The notes under the pieces were generated by a model. The model had not been told where the DNA came from. It ran no database searches and saw only the letters and a list, made by a program, of their open reading frames with translations. From the NCBI GenBank assembly GCA_042570405.1, contig JBHPGR010000004.1:4474-68473 (forward strand): a DNA stretch of 64,000 nt. The letters are read 5' to 3'. Below, in pieces: positions 1 to 9,108 of the stretch; position 1 is the stretch's first letter; every line of letters begins with the position of its first letter. The stretch is from Candidatus Omnitrophota bacterium (GTDB taxonomy: Bacteria; Omnitrophota; Gorgyraeia; Gygaellales; Profunditerraquicolaceae). A program made the position numbers and the translations under genes.

Positions 1-789
1 CGGAATAATCATTTCACCTTCTTTACTTTTGACTTTTGTGGTTATAAAATCTATTGATTCTACTTGACCAGATATTGAATCAAACGCTATTGTATCGCCT
101 TTTGTATAGATTCTCCTCAGTGCTCCACCTGCCAATACGCTTGCAATTATATCCCTACCTCCAACAACCAAAATCAAAGAAATAATCAAAGGTATTATTC
201 CAAAAATAACTACTCCATACTGAGCAATAAGAGTTGTTGCTACACCTAAGTATTCTAATGCTAACAGTATAGCTAAACCGATGATTACATATCTAGCCAA
301 TTTGCTTATCATACTATAAAAGGGTATATTCGCAAGACGAGCTGAAGTTTGAATAAATTTGCCGATAAACTGACTTAGGAATATACCGAGCCAAAGAAGG
401 ACTAGAGCAACAACGAGCTTTGGAATATAAAAAAGAGTCTGTTGTAAAAATTGAGAGGCTACTTTAAGCTCTAAGGTATTAAATACAATTGCCAAAGTGC
501 TAAAAATAATAATCCAATAAAAAACTAAACCAACCATAGAAGAAGGCTTTTTCTGGATACCTCCCCTTTCCAAAAAATGGGTTAAGCTTGTTTTCTCTAA
601 TAAAACATCCAATCCCAGGGCTTTTAAGATTTTTGAAATAATTTTCTTAAGTAAAAGAGCGCATATCCAACCGATTAACAAAATAATTATAGAAAGGACC
701 ATCTTGGGTGTGAACTGTATGGCAAATTGATGTATATCTTTAAGGGCTTTAACAACTAAATTCTCAAAAATTTCGGCGAAATTAGACAT
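1..789 (-). CDS. Mechanosensitive-channel-like membrane protein (MscS-like / conserved-TM-helix repeat type), 3' end runs off the window
   Basis: Not in the ORF track because it is truncated by the window edge. Reverse-strand ATG at 787-789 is preceded by AGGAGGG. My translation MSNFAEIFENLVVKALKD...LLIGWICALLLKKII... shows several TM helices followed by GDTIAFDSISGQVESIDFITTKV, typical of the MscS beta-domain entry. Confidence 0.55.
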   Translation of the reverse strand, partial: MSNFAEIFENLVVKALKDIHQFAIQFTPKMVLSIIILLIGWICALLLKKIISKILKALGLDVLLEKTSLTHFLERGGIQKKPSSMVGLVFYWIIIFSTLAIVFNTLELKVASQFLQQTLFYIPKLVVALVLLWLGIFLSQFIGKFIQTSARLANIPFYSMISKLARYVIIGLAILLALEYLGVATTLIAQYGVVIFGIIPLIISLILVVGGRDIIASVLAGGALRRIYTKGDTIAFDSISGQVESIDFITTKVKSKEGEMIIP

Positions 790-806
790 AATAATTCCCT
801 CCTTAT

Positions 807-2333
807 TTAATCATCGCTTTTTAAGAAATCTTTAAATTTGTTTAAAGGCTTTTTGATGATATCTTTGCCCTTATCTAATATCTTTTCAATTTTCTCTTCT
901 GACTTATCTGCTATCTCATCTGTAACTCTGTCTACTTCCTTTAGAATACCCTCTCCTCTTTTAAGCTCTACCATCACAAAATCAGTCGAGCTGGCAATAC
1001 CCGTCTGGAGATTAAGATCATTTTTTAACTGCATAATTACTGCAACAGGCGTAGAAGCAGCTGGCTCCCTGACTTTTAGAATAAAAAAGACAGTGAGTAT
1101 TTGCAACGCAGATGAAATAAGAAATATAAGGTGCAGATTCGATACGTTGTAAGTCAAAACTGTGAGATTAAATCCTTCAAATATTTTTGATAGGCCGCCT
1201 CCGACAATTGGTGCTATTGCTCCCACAAAACCTACAATAGCAGCAAATAAAGCCAAATACACCGAGCGGCCTTCTTTAGGAGACAGTTTTATCAAGATGT
1301 TAAACTGAGAAAGTGAAGCTCCTGCCATGAAAGCACCAGAAAGAATATGTGCAATTAAGACGGGTAAAAAATATTTACCGGGTAAAGCTAGAATCCAAAA
1401 AAACGGAATAATAATGAGGATCCATCCAGAGACAATAATTACTGGTTTATTGCCCAATTTATCCGAAATCGGTCCCCATATTTTCATCATAAAAAGAGTA
1501 GCAAAAGTGGCGAAGGCCCCAAAGATAGTTATGGTAGAGAAATCTATCTTCAAGTTTTCAATCATAAACACTCCGTAAAACGGAGCGGCGATCTGAATAG
1601 CAAACATCCAGGCTGAAACGAAAAGAATTAGTGTTAGGAAATTTTTATCTTTTAAGGGTTGGAGGAATACTGAGAAATTAAATCTTGTCTCTTTTTGCTT
1701 TTTTACACTTTCAACTTCCGGGATACGTGATAAAAACCAGGTAGCTGCAAGGCCAGCTATTAATCCTAATGCAAAAAGTATAATAAAGCCATGCGGGCTG
1801 CTTTCTGAAAAACGGCTTTCCCACATAGTGATAAGTTTACCGCCTAATAGAATTGCTATCATACCGCAGGCAGAGGCAATCATATTACGCTTACCGAAAT
1901 AGGTTCCTCGAATATCTTCGGGTACCAAATCGCTCATCCATGCAAGCCAAGCCACCCCTGATAATGAGCCGAATAGGCTCGAAAGAGCAATCACTATAAC
2001 TAAGACCCAAACCCGCAAATCCTGCAATGTAGAAAATATTGCCAGTGGAAGCATTATAATCAAGACCCAAAGCACGCGGCTTGCAACAACACAAAGAAAA
2101 CAAAGTATCTTTTTCTTGCCAGTCCTCTCGATAATGTATGAGCCGAAGATCTGTATAAGATTTGCAAACATAGGAAGCGCAGCTAATATTCCTATTTGTT
2201 GCGGTTGGGCTCCCAAAATTTTTAAGGCAAACCCCATCAAGAATATCCCACCGGCAAGAGAACCCATAATTGCAGAAAGGGCTCCGTCAATAACCGAAAA
2301 CTGCAGGGCTTTTGCTTGAGCTCTATTATCCAT
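807..2333 (-). CDS. MFS-type transporter with charged C-terminal extension
   Basis: 508-aa ORF with about 12 hydrophobic segments and an MFS-like loop (ERTGKKK after TM2). The C-terminal 70 aa are K/E/D-rich and soluble. Confidence 0.65.
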   Translation of the reverse strand: MDNRAQAKALQFSVIDGALSAIMGSLAGGIFLMGFALKILGAQPQQIGILAALPMFANLIQIFGSYIIERTGKKKILCFLCVVASRVLWVLIIMLPLAIFSTLQDLRVWVLVIVIALSSLFGSLSGVAWLAWMSDLVPEDIRGTYFGKRNMIASACGMIAILLGGKLITMWESRFSESSPHGFIILFALGLIAGLAATWFLSRIPEVESVKKQKETRFNFSVFLQPLKDKNFLTLILFVSAWMFAIQIAAPFYGVFMIENLKIDFSTITIFGAFATFATLFMMKIWGPISDKLGNKPVIIVSGWILIIIPFFWILALPGKYFLPVLIAHILSGAFMAGASLSQFNILIKLSPKEGRSVYLALFAAIVGFVGAIAPIVGGGLSKIFEGFNLTVLTYNVSNLHLIFLISSALQILTVFFILKVREPAASTPVAVIMQLKNDLNLQTGIASSTDFVMVELKRGEGILKEVDRVTDEIADKSEEKIEKILDKGKDIIKKPLNKFKDFLKSDD

Positions 2334-2336
2334 TGA

Positions 2337-3059
2337 TTATCCAGGAACTACACAAAGTTTCTTTCTTATATCTTCCAGCTTCCCAAAACACACAAGTTTA
2401 TCACCTAAAACGACTTTCATATCAGCTGACGGATTTGGGATAGTTGTTTCTTTCCTCTCAATAACCAAAATCGTAATATCAAGATTGCGCAAGTTTGCTT
2501 CACGAAGGGTCTTATCCAATATGGGGCTATCTTTACAGACCTCAATGCTTGAGACACCGTATCCCCCGGTTGAGACTACCAATTCTTCAAAGGACACGGA
2601 TCTAATGATATCTTTCTTTATCAACCGCCCCCTTAAGCTACGAGACAACTTTTTAACAAATTTTGCATTTGTAAAAACTTTATAAGTTGCAAATACAAAA
2701 ATCACGATAATTATTAGATTTATCAGAGGTAATAACCGCGATGGAAAAACTAAATGCACAAAGGGGATAGTAAATTGAGGCATAATGATAGCTGGTCTCA
2801 ATGAATTAGCGAATGTTGCGATAAGAGTAACAAGGCCTGCATGGCCAAAAACTATAAGTACCGAGGCGATACGTCGTCTTTGGGGACTGCCGGTAATCAA
2901 CTCAGCCTCTTTTGTCGTGAATCCTGTTCCCGTAAAACAAGACAGAGCCTGGAATTTAGCCAAGGACCATTCAAGACCTGTCAATTCAAACGCAATTGCT
3001 CCAATCCTTACCGCTATAAATGAAACCACGAGCGCCATAATGAACAATAATATATTCAT
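2337..3059 (-). CDS. TrkA-C (RCK_C) domain-containing membrane protein, putative cation channel/transport protein
   Basis: N-terminal TM helices with a pore-like SCFTGTGFTT segment. The C-terminal VCKDSPILDKTLREANLRNLDITILVIER...GDKLVCFG resembles the TrkA-C fold. Confidence 0.5.
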   Translation of the reverse strand: MNILLFIMALVVSFIAVRIGAIAFELTGLEWSLAKFQALSCFTGTGFTTKEAELITGSPQRRRIASVLIVFGHAGLVTLIATFANSLRPAIIMPQFTIPFVHLVFPSRLLPLINLIIIVIFVFATYKVFTNAKFVKKLSRSLRGRLIKKDIIRSVSFEELVVSTGGYGVSSIEVCKDSPILDKTLREANLRNLDITILVIERKETTIPNPSADMKVVLGDKLVCFGKLEDIRKKLCVVPG

Positions 3060-3079
3060 ACAACCTCCTTAATTTTTCT

Positions 3080-3277
3080 TTATTCCGAGCCCTTCTTGAT
3101 AAAAGAAATAATTAAGCCTATAATCATACCGGTAAAGAGTGATGAAAATATAATAATCGCTCTGCTTGTTGCAAACGACCAGAATAAAAGTTGCACTTTC
3201 ACTGTATCATGGTTTTGCAATGTAAAAATAAGCAATAACAGCAATAATATAAGTACAACTATCCATTTCCAATTCAT
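3080..3277 (-). CDS. LapA-domain (DUF1049-like) small inner-membrane protein
   Basis: Sequence LQNHDTVKVQLLFWSFATSRAIIIFSSLFTGMIIG matches the LapA-domain pattern. I moved the start to the internal ATG (MNWKWIVV) because it is preceded by GGGGAGG. Confidence 0.55.
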   Translation of the reverse strand: MNWKWIVVLILLLLLLIFTLQNHDTVKVQLLFWSFATSRAIIIFSSLFTGMIIGLIISFIKKGSE

Positions 3278-3301
3278 TTTCACGCCTCCCCGCACTATGT
3301 C

Positions 3302-4384
3302 TTAAAACCACCGTTTCCTTTTAAAATAAATCACCATCGTCAATACGATACTAAGCATTACTCCCCATGCAAATATATAGCCGAATTTCCAGTTTAGTTC
3401 AGGCATGTTTAAAAAAGATACATTGGGATTGAAATTCATTCCATATATCCCTGCAATAAAGGTAATGGGAATAAATATTGTCGCAATTATAGTAAGCACT
3501 TTCATCACTTCGTTCATTCTATTACTTACACTTGAAAGATAGATGTCAAGTATTCCCGACACCATGTCCCTGAACGTTTCGATAGTATCGATTACCTGAA
3601 TGGTATGATCGTATACATCGCGCAAAAAGATATGAGTAGTCTTTTTGATTAATTTCGATTCTCCGCGTTCCATGCCACTAATAACTTCTCTCAAAGGCCA
3701 AACTGACTTACGCAGGAAAATAGTATCTCTTTTTAAAATGTGTATTATTTGCAAGGTTTGGGGAATGGGATTTTTCACTAATTCTTCTTCTATGCCTTCT
3801 ATCTTTTCTCCGAGTCTTTCAAGAATTAGAAAGTAATTATCTACAATAGCATCGATTAATGAATATGCAAGATAATCGGCTCCCATTTTTCTTATTCGAC
3901 CTTTGGCATTTTTAATCCGTTCTCTAATTGGATTAAAAACATCTCCTTCTTTTTCCTGAAAGGATATTACGAAATTATTACCAAAAAGTAGGCTAACCTG
4001 CTCTGCTTTTATTTCTTTATCTTTTTCATCAAAATAAAGCATTTTCAAAACAATAAAGATATGGTCTTCAAAATCTTCATATTTTGGACGCTGCCCGGTA
4101 TTGAGTATGTCTTCCAAAACAAGAGGGTGTATGTCAAACTTTTTACCAATTTTTTCGATAATTTCAATATTATGAAGACCGTCAACGTTTACCCATGTAA
4201 CTGTTGGCGTATCTTTAAAAGGGAAACAATCCTCTGCTGTCTTTGCCATCTTTTCTTGAAACTGGCTTTCATCATAGTCAATAATTGTAATTCTCACTTT
4301 CTCATCTCTTTTTTCCCCCACATGAACAAGGGCCCCTGGAGCAAAACCAGCTGTCTTTGACATTTTCTTAATAAGTTTCGACAT
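3302..4384 (-). CDS. corA: Magnesium/cobalt transporter CorA
   Basis: 360 aa with a soluble N-terminal domain and two C-terminal TM helices carrying the CorA signature YGMNF. Confidence 0.85.
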   Translation of the reverse strand: MSKLIKKMSKTAGFAPGALVHVGEKRDEKVRITIIDYDESQFQEKMAKTAEDCFPFKDTPTVTWVNVDGLHNIEIIEKIGKKFDIHPLVLEDILNTGQRPKYEDFEDHIFIVLKMLYFDEKDKEIKAEQVSLLFGNNFVISFQEKEGDVFNPIRERIKNAKGRIRKMGADYLAYSLIDAIVDNYFLILERLGEKIEGIEEELVKNPIPQTLQIIHILKRDTIFLRKSVWPLREVISGMERGESKLIKKTTHIFLRDVYDHTIQVIDTIETFRDMVSGILDIYLSSVSNRMNEVMKVLTIIATIFIPITFIAGIYGMNFNPNVSFLNMPELNWKFGYIFAWGVMLSIVLTMVIYFKRKRWF

Positions 4385-4437
4385 ATTTAACTACCTCCGA
4401 AAAGTTATAATTTATTAAACTCTAAAATATAAGGTTA

Positions 4438-4617
4438 TTACCTTCTTTTCATTTTTGTTGTATTTTTCATCCACTCATCAATCTCTTCTTTCTTAAAACG
4501 CCAAAGATTACCTATCTTAGATGCAGGCATTTCGCCTTTTTGAGCAAGGCGGTAAATGGAATCCTTACTGACTTTTAGATATTGTGCTACTTCTTCTAAT
4601 GTCATCCACGCGTCCAT
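4438..4617 (-). CDS. Excisionase-family (MerR-superfamily) helix-turn-helix DNA-binding protein, 59 aa
   Basis: Below the ORF-track size cut-off; I translated it by hand: MDAWMTLEEVAQYLKVSKDSIYRLAQKGEMPASKIGNLWRFKKEEIDEWMKNTTKMKRR. This is the classic excisionase-type HTH_17 pattern (LT..E.A..L.vs...iy.l...g..p..kiG..wrf....i..wl). Confidence 0.6.
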   Translation of the reverse strand: MDAWMTLEEVAQYLKVSKDSIYRLAQKGEMPASKIGNLWRFKKEEIDEWMKNTTKMKRR

Positions 4618-4790
4618 ATCAACAACCTCTTTTCATAATACAAATATTGCCTAATACTGCCTAATTCTGCATAGCTTAGCATATTGCCAACCCAGTATCA
4701 AGGAAATTTTTCCTCTCTTAAGGGGAATCAGGCACACAAAGGGCGCTGCGGATTTGCCAACCACCTCTGCCACCATGAAAGATTCGGCTT

Positions 4791-4822
4791 CCCGCCTGCA
4801 GCCTGAGAAAGCTGCAGGCGGG
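4791..4822. other. Perfect 12-bp GC-rich hairpin (cccgcctgcagc / 8-nt loop / gctgcaggcggg) in a 272-nt intergenic region
   Basis: Read directly from the sequence. Neither side has a U-tract, so it is not a canonical intrinsic terminator. Confidence 0.5.
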
Positions 4823-4889
4823 GCGGGACCTTATAATTCATTTGATCTGAAAGAACGAAGAAAGAACATTGTAAAGCCTAAATATAAGG

Positions 4890-5192
4890 TCAGCCAAATG
4901 TCTGCATGTAAACTGTTGGGCATTGCTTCTTTTCTTCATATCGATTCACCAATTCTTCCTTCTGTTTTCTGTTCAACCTCTTAATTCTCTTATCCTCAAG
5001 AAATGCGGGTCTAAAATTCATATATTCCTTGCACCAGACCAGCTTCACAGGTCGCCTGTCTCTGGTATACTTTGCCCCCTTGCCCTGATTATGTTTTTCA
5101 ATTCGTTTCTCTAAGTTATTTGTATATCCGGTATAATACGTTCCATTCCTGCATTCAACCATATATACCCAATAATGCGCCCTAGGTTTCAT
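4890..5192 (-). CDS. GIY-YIG nuclease family protein (UPF0213-like)
   Basis: HYWVYMVECRNGTYYTGYTNNLEKRIEKHNQGKGAKYTR contains the GIY-YIG core (YxxG...YxG...R...H N). Confidence 0.8.
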   Translation of the reverse strand: MKPRAHYWVYMVECRNGTYYTGYTNNLEKRIEKHNQGKGAKYTRDRRPVKLVWCKEYMNFRPAFLEDKRIKRLNRKQKEELVNRYEEKKQCPTVYMQTFG

Positions 5193-5650
5193 TTTGTAAA
5201 GAACCGGCGGCTATCGGGAGGGGCTTTTTCGGTTAAAACTTTCTTTGAAAGATGAATCAGATAGATCGAAGCGCCGATTATAGCCGCTAAACCAAAAAAT
5301 AACACAAACTTCTCTATTGCGGGGTGCTTGGCAACATCTTCTACATAAGCGTATCGGGCAATATAGCCTAAATAAACGTACATCAGTGAAGTCGGCATCC
5401 TTCCGATAGCGGAAGCGACCACAAAATCCTTGAATTTCATCTTTGTTATTCCGCAAATATAATTAAGCAGCATGCTGTTGACTACTGGGACATTCCTTAA
5501 GATCATCAGCATCTTCCATCCGTCCTTTTCGATGATCTGATCGATCGCCTTTAACTTATCGTTTCGCTCGATCTTCCTGGTAATGCTCTCACGCAGGAGG
5601 TAGCGCGCCAAAAGAAACTTACTCGCAGAGGAGACCGTTGAGCCGATCAC
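5189..5650 (-). pseudogene. 5'-truncated copy of the DedA/TVP38-TMEM64 family gene found intact at 9109-9843
   Basis: It aligns with the C-terminal roughly half of the 9109-9843 product (KF.LARYLLRESITRKIERNDKLKAIDQIIEKDGWK...). It lacks the N-terminal TM helices, begins at a GTG with no SD, and contains a 77-nt block identical to 9452-9528. Confidence 0.6.
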
Positions 5651-5696
5651 TACAACTACAAGTCCCCCTGCCTAAATTATGTTCTTTGATCCGTTT

Positions 5697-5778
5697 TATA
5701 AATTGTTTGTGTATCCGGTGTAATATGTCCCATTTTTACATTCAACCATATATACGCAAAAATGTGCCCTACTTTCAT
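5697..5778 (-). pseudogene. Decayed N-terminal remnant of a second GIY-YIG gene
   Basis: The DNA aligns with 5106-5192 (ATGAAA-GTAGGGCACATTTTTGCGTATATATGGTTGAATGTAAAAATGGGACATATTACACCGGATACACAAAC...). It carries a 1-nt deletion after codon 2 and an in-frame TAA where the intact gene has GAG. Confidence 0.55.
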
Positions 5779-5827
5779 CATTATTATGTTAAAAGTTTTT
5801 TTACGATATACTTTTGACCTGATGGTA

Positions 5828-7633
5828 TTATAAATTTTTTATCGTTGAAGCGTCACTCCAGTTATAATTAGTTTCAAGAAGCAGGATCGTCTGTATTAAT
5901 GCCATATGCGAGTACCCCTGCGGAAAATTGCCCGTTAATCTGCCTGAATTTATTTCAATATCCTCTGCAAGCAGATTAAATCTGTTCAGGCAGCGCAAAA
6001 TGTTTGAGAGCATCTCTCTGCTCTTATCTTCTTCTCCGGTCAGATAAAGCGCATTTATCATCCAGAATGTGCAAACGATAAAAGCATTTTCCGGCCGGCC
6101 GAATCCGTCATCGCATAGATAACGGAAAGTAAAACCTTCTTTTGTCAATTCTTCATGTGTCCTACGCACAGTGTTTATCATCATCGGATCATCCCGGCTG
6201 AGAAATCCGTAATGAAGCATCAAAAGATTTGCTGCATCCAGCTCTGAAGAACCGTAATACATCACGAAAGACTTCCGCTTTTCATTCCAGCCGTTCTTAA
6301 GGATATCCTCCCTTATTTGCGAAGCTACTTTCTTCCACCTCTCCTCATTAGCGGGTTTTTTTATAAAAGTGGCTATTTTAGCGGCCCTGTCCATTGCAAC
6401 CCAGCTCATTAGCTTGGAGTGGACATAGTGCTCGGGGTTACCCCTGCGCTCCCATATCCCGTTATCCGGCTCCCTCCATTTCTTGATCACATTATTGGCA
6501 AGGTCTCTGACTACCGTCCATATCTCCTCGTCGATCACTGCGCTGCCCCTGCGGCTGACGATAAGGAATGTGTATATCGCCTCTATGAGATGGCCATAAA
6601 TGTCATTCTGTATCTGCTTATAGGCATTGTTGCCGATGCGTACCGGCTTAGAGCCCTGGTAACCTGCAAGATGGCCCAATATCTTTTCTTCCAACAATCT
6701 CTCACCGTTTATCCCGTACATGACAGAGATGTTTTCGTGTTTCAGTAATCTCCTGTTCAAGACAAAATTCATATAACGGCTTGCCGAACGCAAATGATTC
6801 ATCCTGGTGTAAAGATCCACGATCATTGAGGCATCGCGGATCCAGCAGTACCTGTAGTCCCAATTACGCTCTCTTCCTATGATCTCCGGCAGGGATGCCG
6901 TTGGCGCGGCGATAACAGCTCCTGAGCGCTGATATGTCAGCAGCTTTAGGGTTATAGCAGAGCGGATAAGCAGGTCTTTGTATCTGGAGGGGGCTCTTGT
7001 CCGGTATGCCCAGTCTAACCAGTATGTCTTCGTCTTTTCGTATTCGATGTATATTTTATCTGTATCGATGTCCTGTAATTTTTCATGGTAAGAAAAAAGG
7101 AGAAAGGAAGTACCCTTTAATTCGATAGGCTCGCCCCTGACTATTTTATTGACATCCAGATTACTGTATAAATAAAAACTTACATATTCCCCTGTCTTTG
7201 AGACGATCTTTAGAAGGTTTTGCTCAAATAAAAATTCCCCTTCGCTTGACGCATAGTTCGGCTTTGGTTTTAATTCGATTATTATCTTAGGGTTGCCGGA
7301 AATAAGAAGTATATCCCGATGCACTTCAGGAGGACAATAATATTCCTCCCGCGAAGTAAGAAAGCGAGGCATATAATCCCTTACTTCAAAAACCCCCTCT
7401 TTAGTCGTAAATACCGTCCTCAGTATCGGGGTATGGACCACATAATTCTGCTCTATCTTTATTATTTTCTCAGCGGATATCTTAAAATGCCCCCCGATAC
7501 CCGTATCCAGCATCTTTGCAAAAACCGAAGGCGAATCAAAAAAGGGAAGGCAAAGCCAATCAATGCTGCACTCCGATGAAATCAATGCTGCGCTGGTGCA
7601 GTTTCCTATAACCGCGTAATCATAATTTTTCAT
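5828..7633 (-). CDS. Glycoside hydrolase family 15 (glucoamylase/glucodextranase-like)
   Basis: 601 aa with GH15 catalytic-domain motifs NWDYRYCWIRDAS and EPDNGIWE. Confidence 0.85.
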   Translation of the reverse strand: MKNYDYAVIGNCTSAALISSECSIDWLCLPFFDSPSVFAKMLDTGIGGHFKISAEKIIKIEQNYVVHTPILRTVFTTKEGVFEVRDYMPRFLTSREEYYCPPEVHRDILLISGNPKIIIELKPKPNYASSEGEFLFEQNLLKIVSKTGEYVSFYLYSNLDVNKIVRGEPIELKGTSFLLFSYHEKLQDIDTDKIYIEYEKTKTYWLDWAYRTRAPSRYKDLLIRSAITLKLLTYQRSGAVIAAPTASLPEIIGRERNWDYRYCWIRDASMIVDLYTRMNHLRSASRYMNFVLNRRLLKHENISVMYGINGERLLEEKILGHLAGYQGSKPVRIGNNAYKQIQNDIYGHLIEAIYTFLIVSRRGSAVIDEEIWTVVRDLANNVIKKWREPDNGIWERRGNPEHYVHSKLMSWVAMDRAAKIATFIKKPANEERWKKVASQIREDILKNGWNEKRKSFVMYYGSSELDAANLLMLHYGFLSRDDPMMINTVRRTHEELTKEGFTFRYLCDDGFGRPENAFIVCTFWMINALYLTGEEDKSREMLSNILRCLNRFNLLAEDIEINSGRLTGNFPQGYSHMALIQTILLLETNYNWSDASTIKNL

Positions 7634-7657
7634 CTTGGTTTTATGCTCCTTAAAATA

Positions 7658-9064
7658 CTAGCCTGCCTTAAGATAGACCACCTCGTCCTTAGCGGGGATC
7701 TTTGGCTTTAGGTTAAGCTCGCGGCGCAGGTTCACCCTTAGCTCCTCTGCCTGCTCCGGCTCCCCATGTACGATAAAGACCTGCCTGAGCCCTTGCCGGA
7801 AACTACGGCAGTAATCTACAAGGCCGTTCTTATCCGCATGAGAGCTGAAAGCGTTGATCACCACTACTTCGGCGTTTAGATCATAAGGCCGGCCGAAGAT
7901 GCGTACCTGCCTGTTTTTCTCCACTATCCTTCTTCCCAGGGTATGCTTGGCCATAAAGCCGATGACGATGATAGCATTCTTCGGGTTTTCGATATTATTC
8001 TTAAGATGGTGCAGGATACGCCCGTTCTCGCACATCCCGGAGGCGGAGATTATTATTGCCGGCCTCGCGGAATCATTAAGCCTTTTTGATTCATCGGGAT
8101 TCTTTATGTAGGTTATATTATCGTAACCCAGGGGGTCGGTATGGTTAAGAAAGGCCGCCTGGGTGATATCGTCGAAATAATGGGCGTTATTCCGGAACAC
8201 CTCGGTGAGGTTGACGGCCAGGGGCCCGTCAACATAAATGGGAATCCTTTTAATCTTCTTTCTTTTTATCAGCTCGCTGATGAAAAAAACGATCAGCTGG
8301 GTCCTCTCCAGGGCAAAAGAGGGGATGATCACTTTACCCCCGCGCCTCTGCGTACGGTTGATCGCATCGGCAAGCTCCTTCTCAGCTTCTTTGATATCCG
8401 AATGCGCCCTTGAGCCGTATGTGCTCTCAATAATAAGATAATCGACATCCTCAGGGTTCTCGGGATCCCTTAATAAAGGCATGCCGAACCTTCCTAGATC
8501 GACCGCGTAGGCGATCCTTAAGTTGCCCTTTGCGGTCTTTATATCCAGCGCAGGGACCGTTGAGCCGAGGATATGGCCCGCTTCATAAAATGTAAGGAGT
8601 ATATCCTTGGCTATCTTAAACGGCTTGTGGTAATCTACCGGCCTGAAATATTTGAGGGATTTTTCCGCCTCAATTTTTGTATAAAGCGGTGAGCGCGGGG
8701 GGAGCCCTTTACGGCGGTTGATCTTATTTACGTATTTGACATCCTCTTCCTGGATATACCCCGAATCAGGAAGCATGTAATGGCAGAAATCCCGTGTTGT
8801 AGGGGTAGAGTAGATATTCGCCCGGAAGCCCTTCTTTATCAGCAAAGGGATATTCCCGCTATGGTCTATATGGGCATGCGAGAGGACGCAGGCATCAATT
8901 TTCTGGGGCACAAAAGAAAAATTCGAGTTCACCTCATAATATTCATCGCGCCGCCCCTGGAAAAGACCGCAATCCAGGATTATATCGGAGCGGTCCGTAG
9001 AGACCAGGTGCGTTGAGCCGGTCACTGTCCTGGCTGCTCCGCAGAATTTAATTGCCACAGTCAA
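7658..9064 (-). CDS. MBL-fold beta-CASP family RNA-metabolising hydrolase
   Basis: HAHIDHSG metallo-beta-lactamase motif, with beta-CASP-like motifs further on (ESTYG, SSHAD). Confidence 0.8.
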   Translation of the reverse strand: MTVAIKFCGAARTVTGSTHLVSTDRSDIILDCGLFQGRRDEYYEVNSNFSFVPQKIDACVLSHAHIDHSGNIPLLIKKGFRANIYSTPTTRDFCHYMLPDSGYIQEEDVKYVNKINRRKGLPPRSPLYTKIEAEKSLKYFRPVDYHKPFKIAKDILLTFYEAGHILGSTVPALDIKTAKGNLRIAYAVDLGRFGMPLLRDPENPEDVDYLIIESTYGSRAHSDIKEAEKELADAINRTQRRGGKVIIPSFALERTQLIVFFISELIKRKKIKRIPIYVDGPLAVNLTEVFRNNAHYFDDITQAAFLNHTDPLGYDNITYIKNPDESKRLNDSARPAIIISASGMCENGRILHHLKNNIENPKNAIIVIGFMAKHTLGRRIVEKNRQVRIFGRPYDLNAEVVVINAFSSHADKNGLVDYCRSFRQGLRQVFIVHGEPEQAEELRVNLRRELNLKPKIPAKDEVVYLKAG

Positions 9065-9108
9065 CTTCTATCTCCTTAGTCTCTTAGCTGATCGCGATCT
9101 GAAGATAC

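Noticed and set aside
4618-4889. tRNA, tmRNA or another structured RNA gene in the 272-nt gap next to the excisionase-like gene
   Set aside because: I could find no cloverleaf, no T-loop consensus (GTTCRANYC) and no CCA-adjacent acceptor pairing. Only an isolated hairpin is present. A covariance-model scan would still be worthwhile.
4438-5778. Annotating the region as a prophage or integrative mobile element
   Set aside because: No integrase, transposase, terminal inverted repeats or att-type long direct repeats are visible. Only an excisionase-type HTH and GIY-YIG genes are present, so I reported it as a rearrangement footprint.
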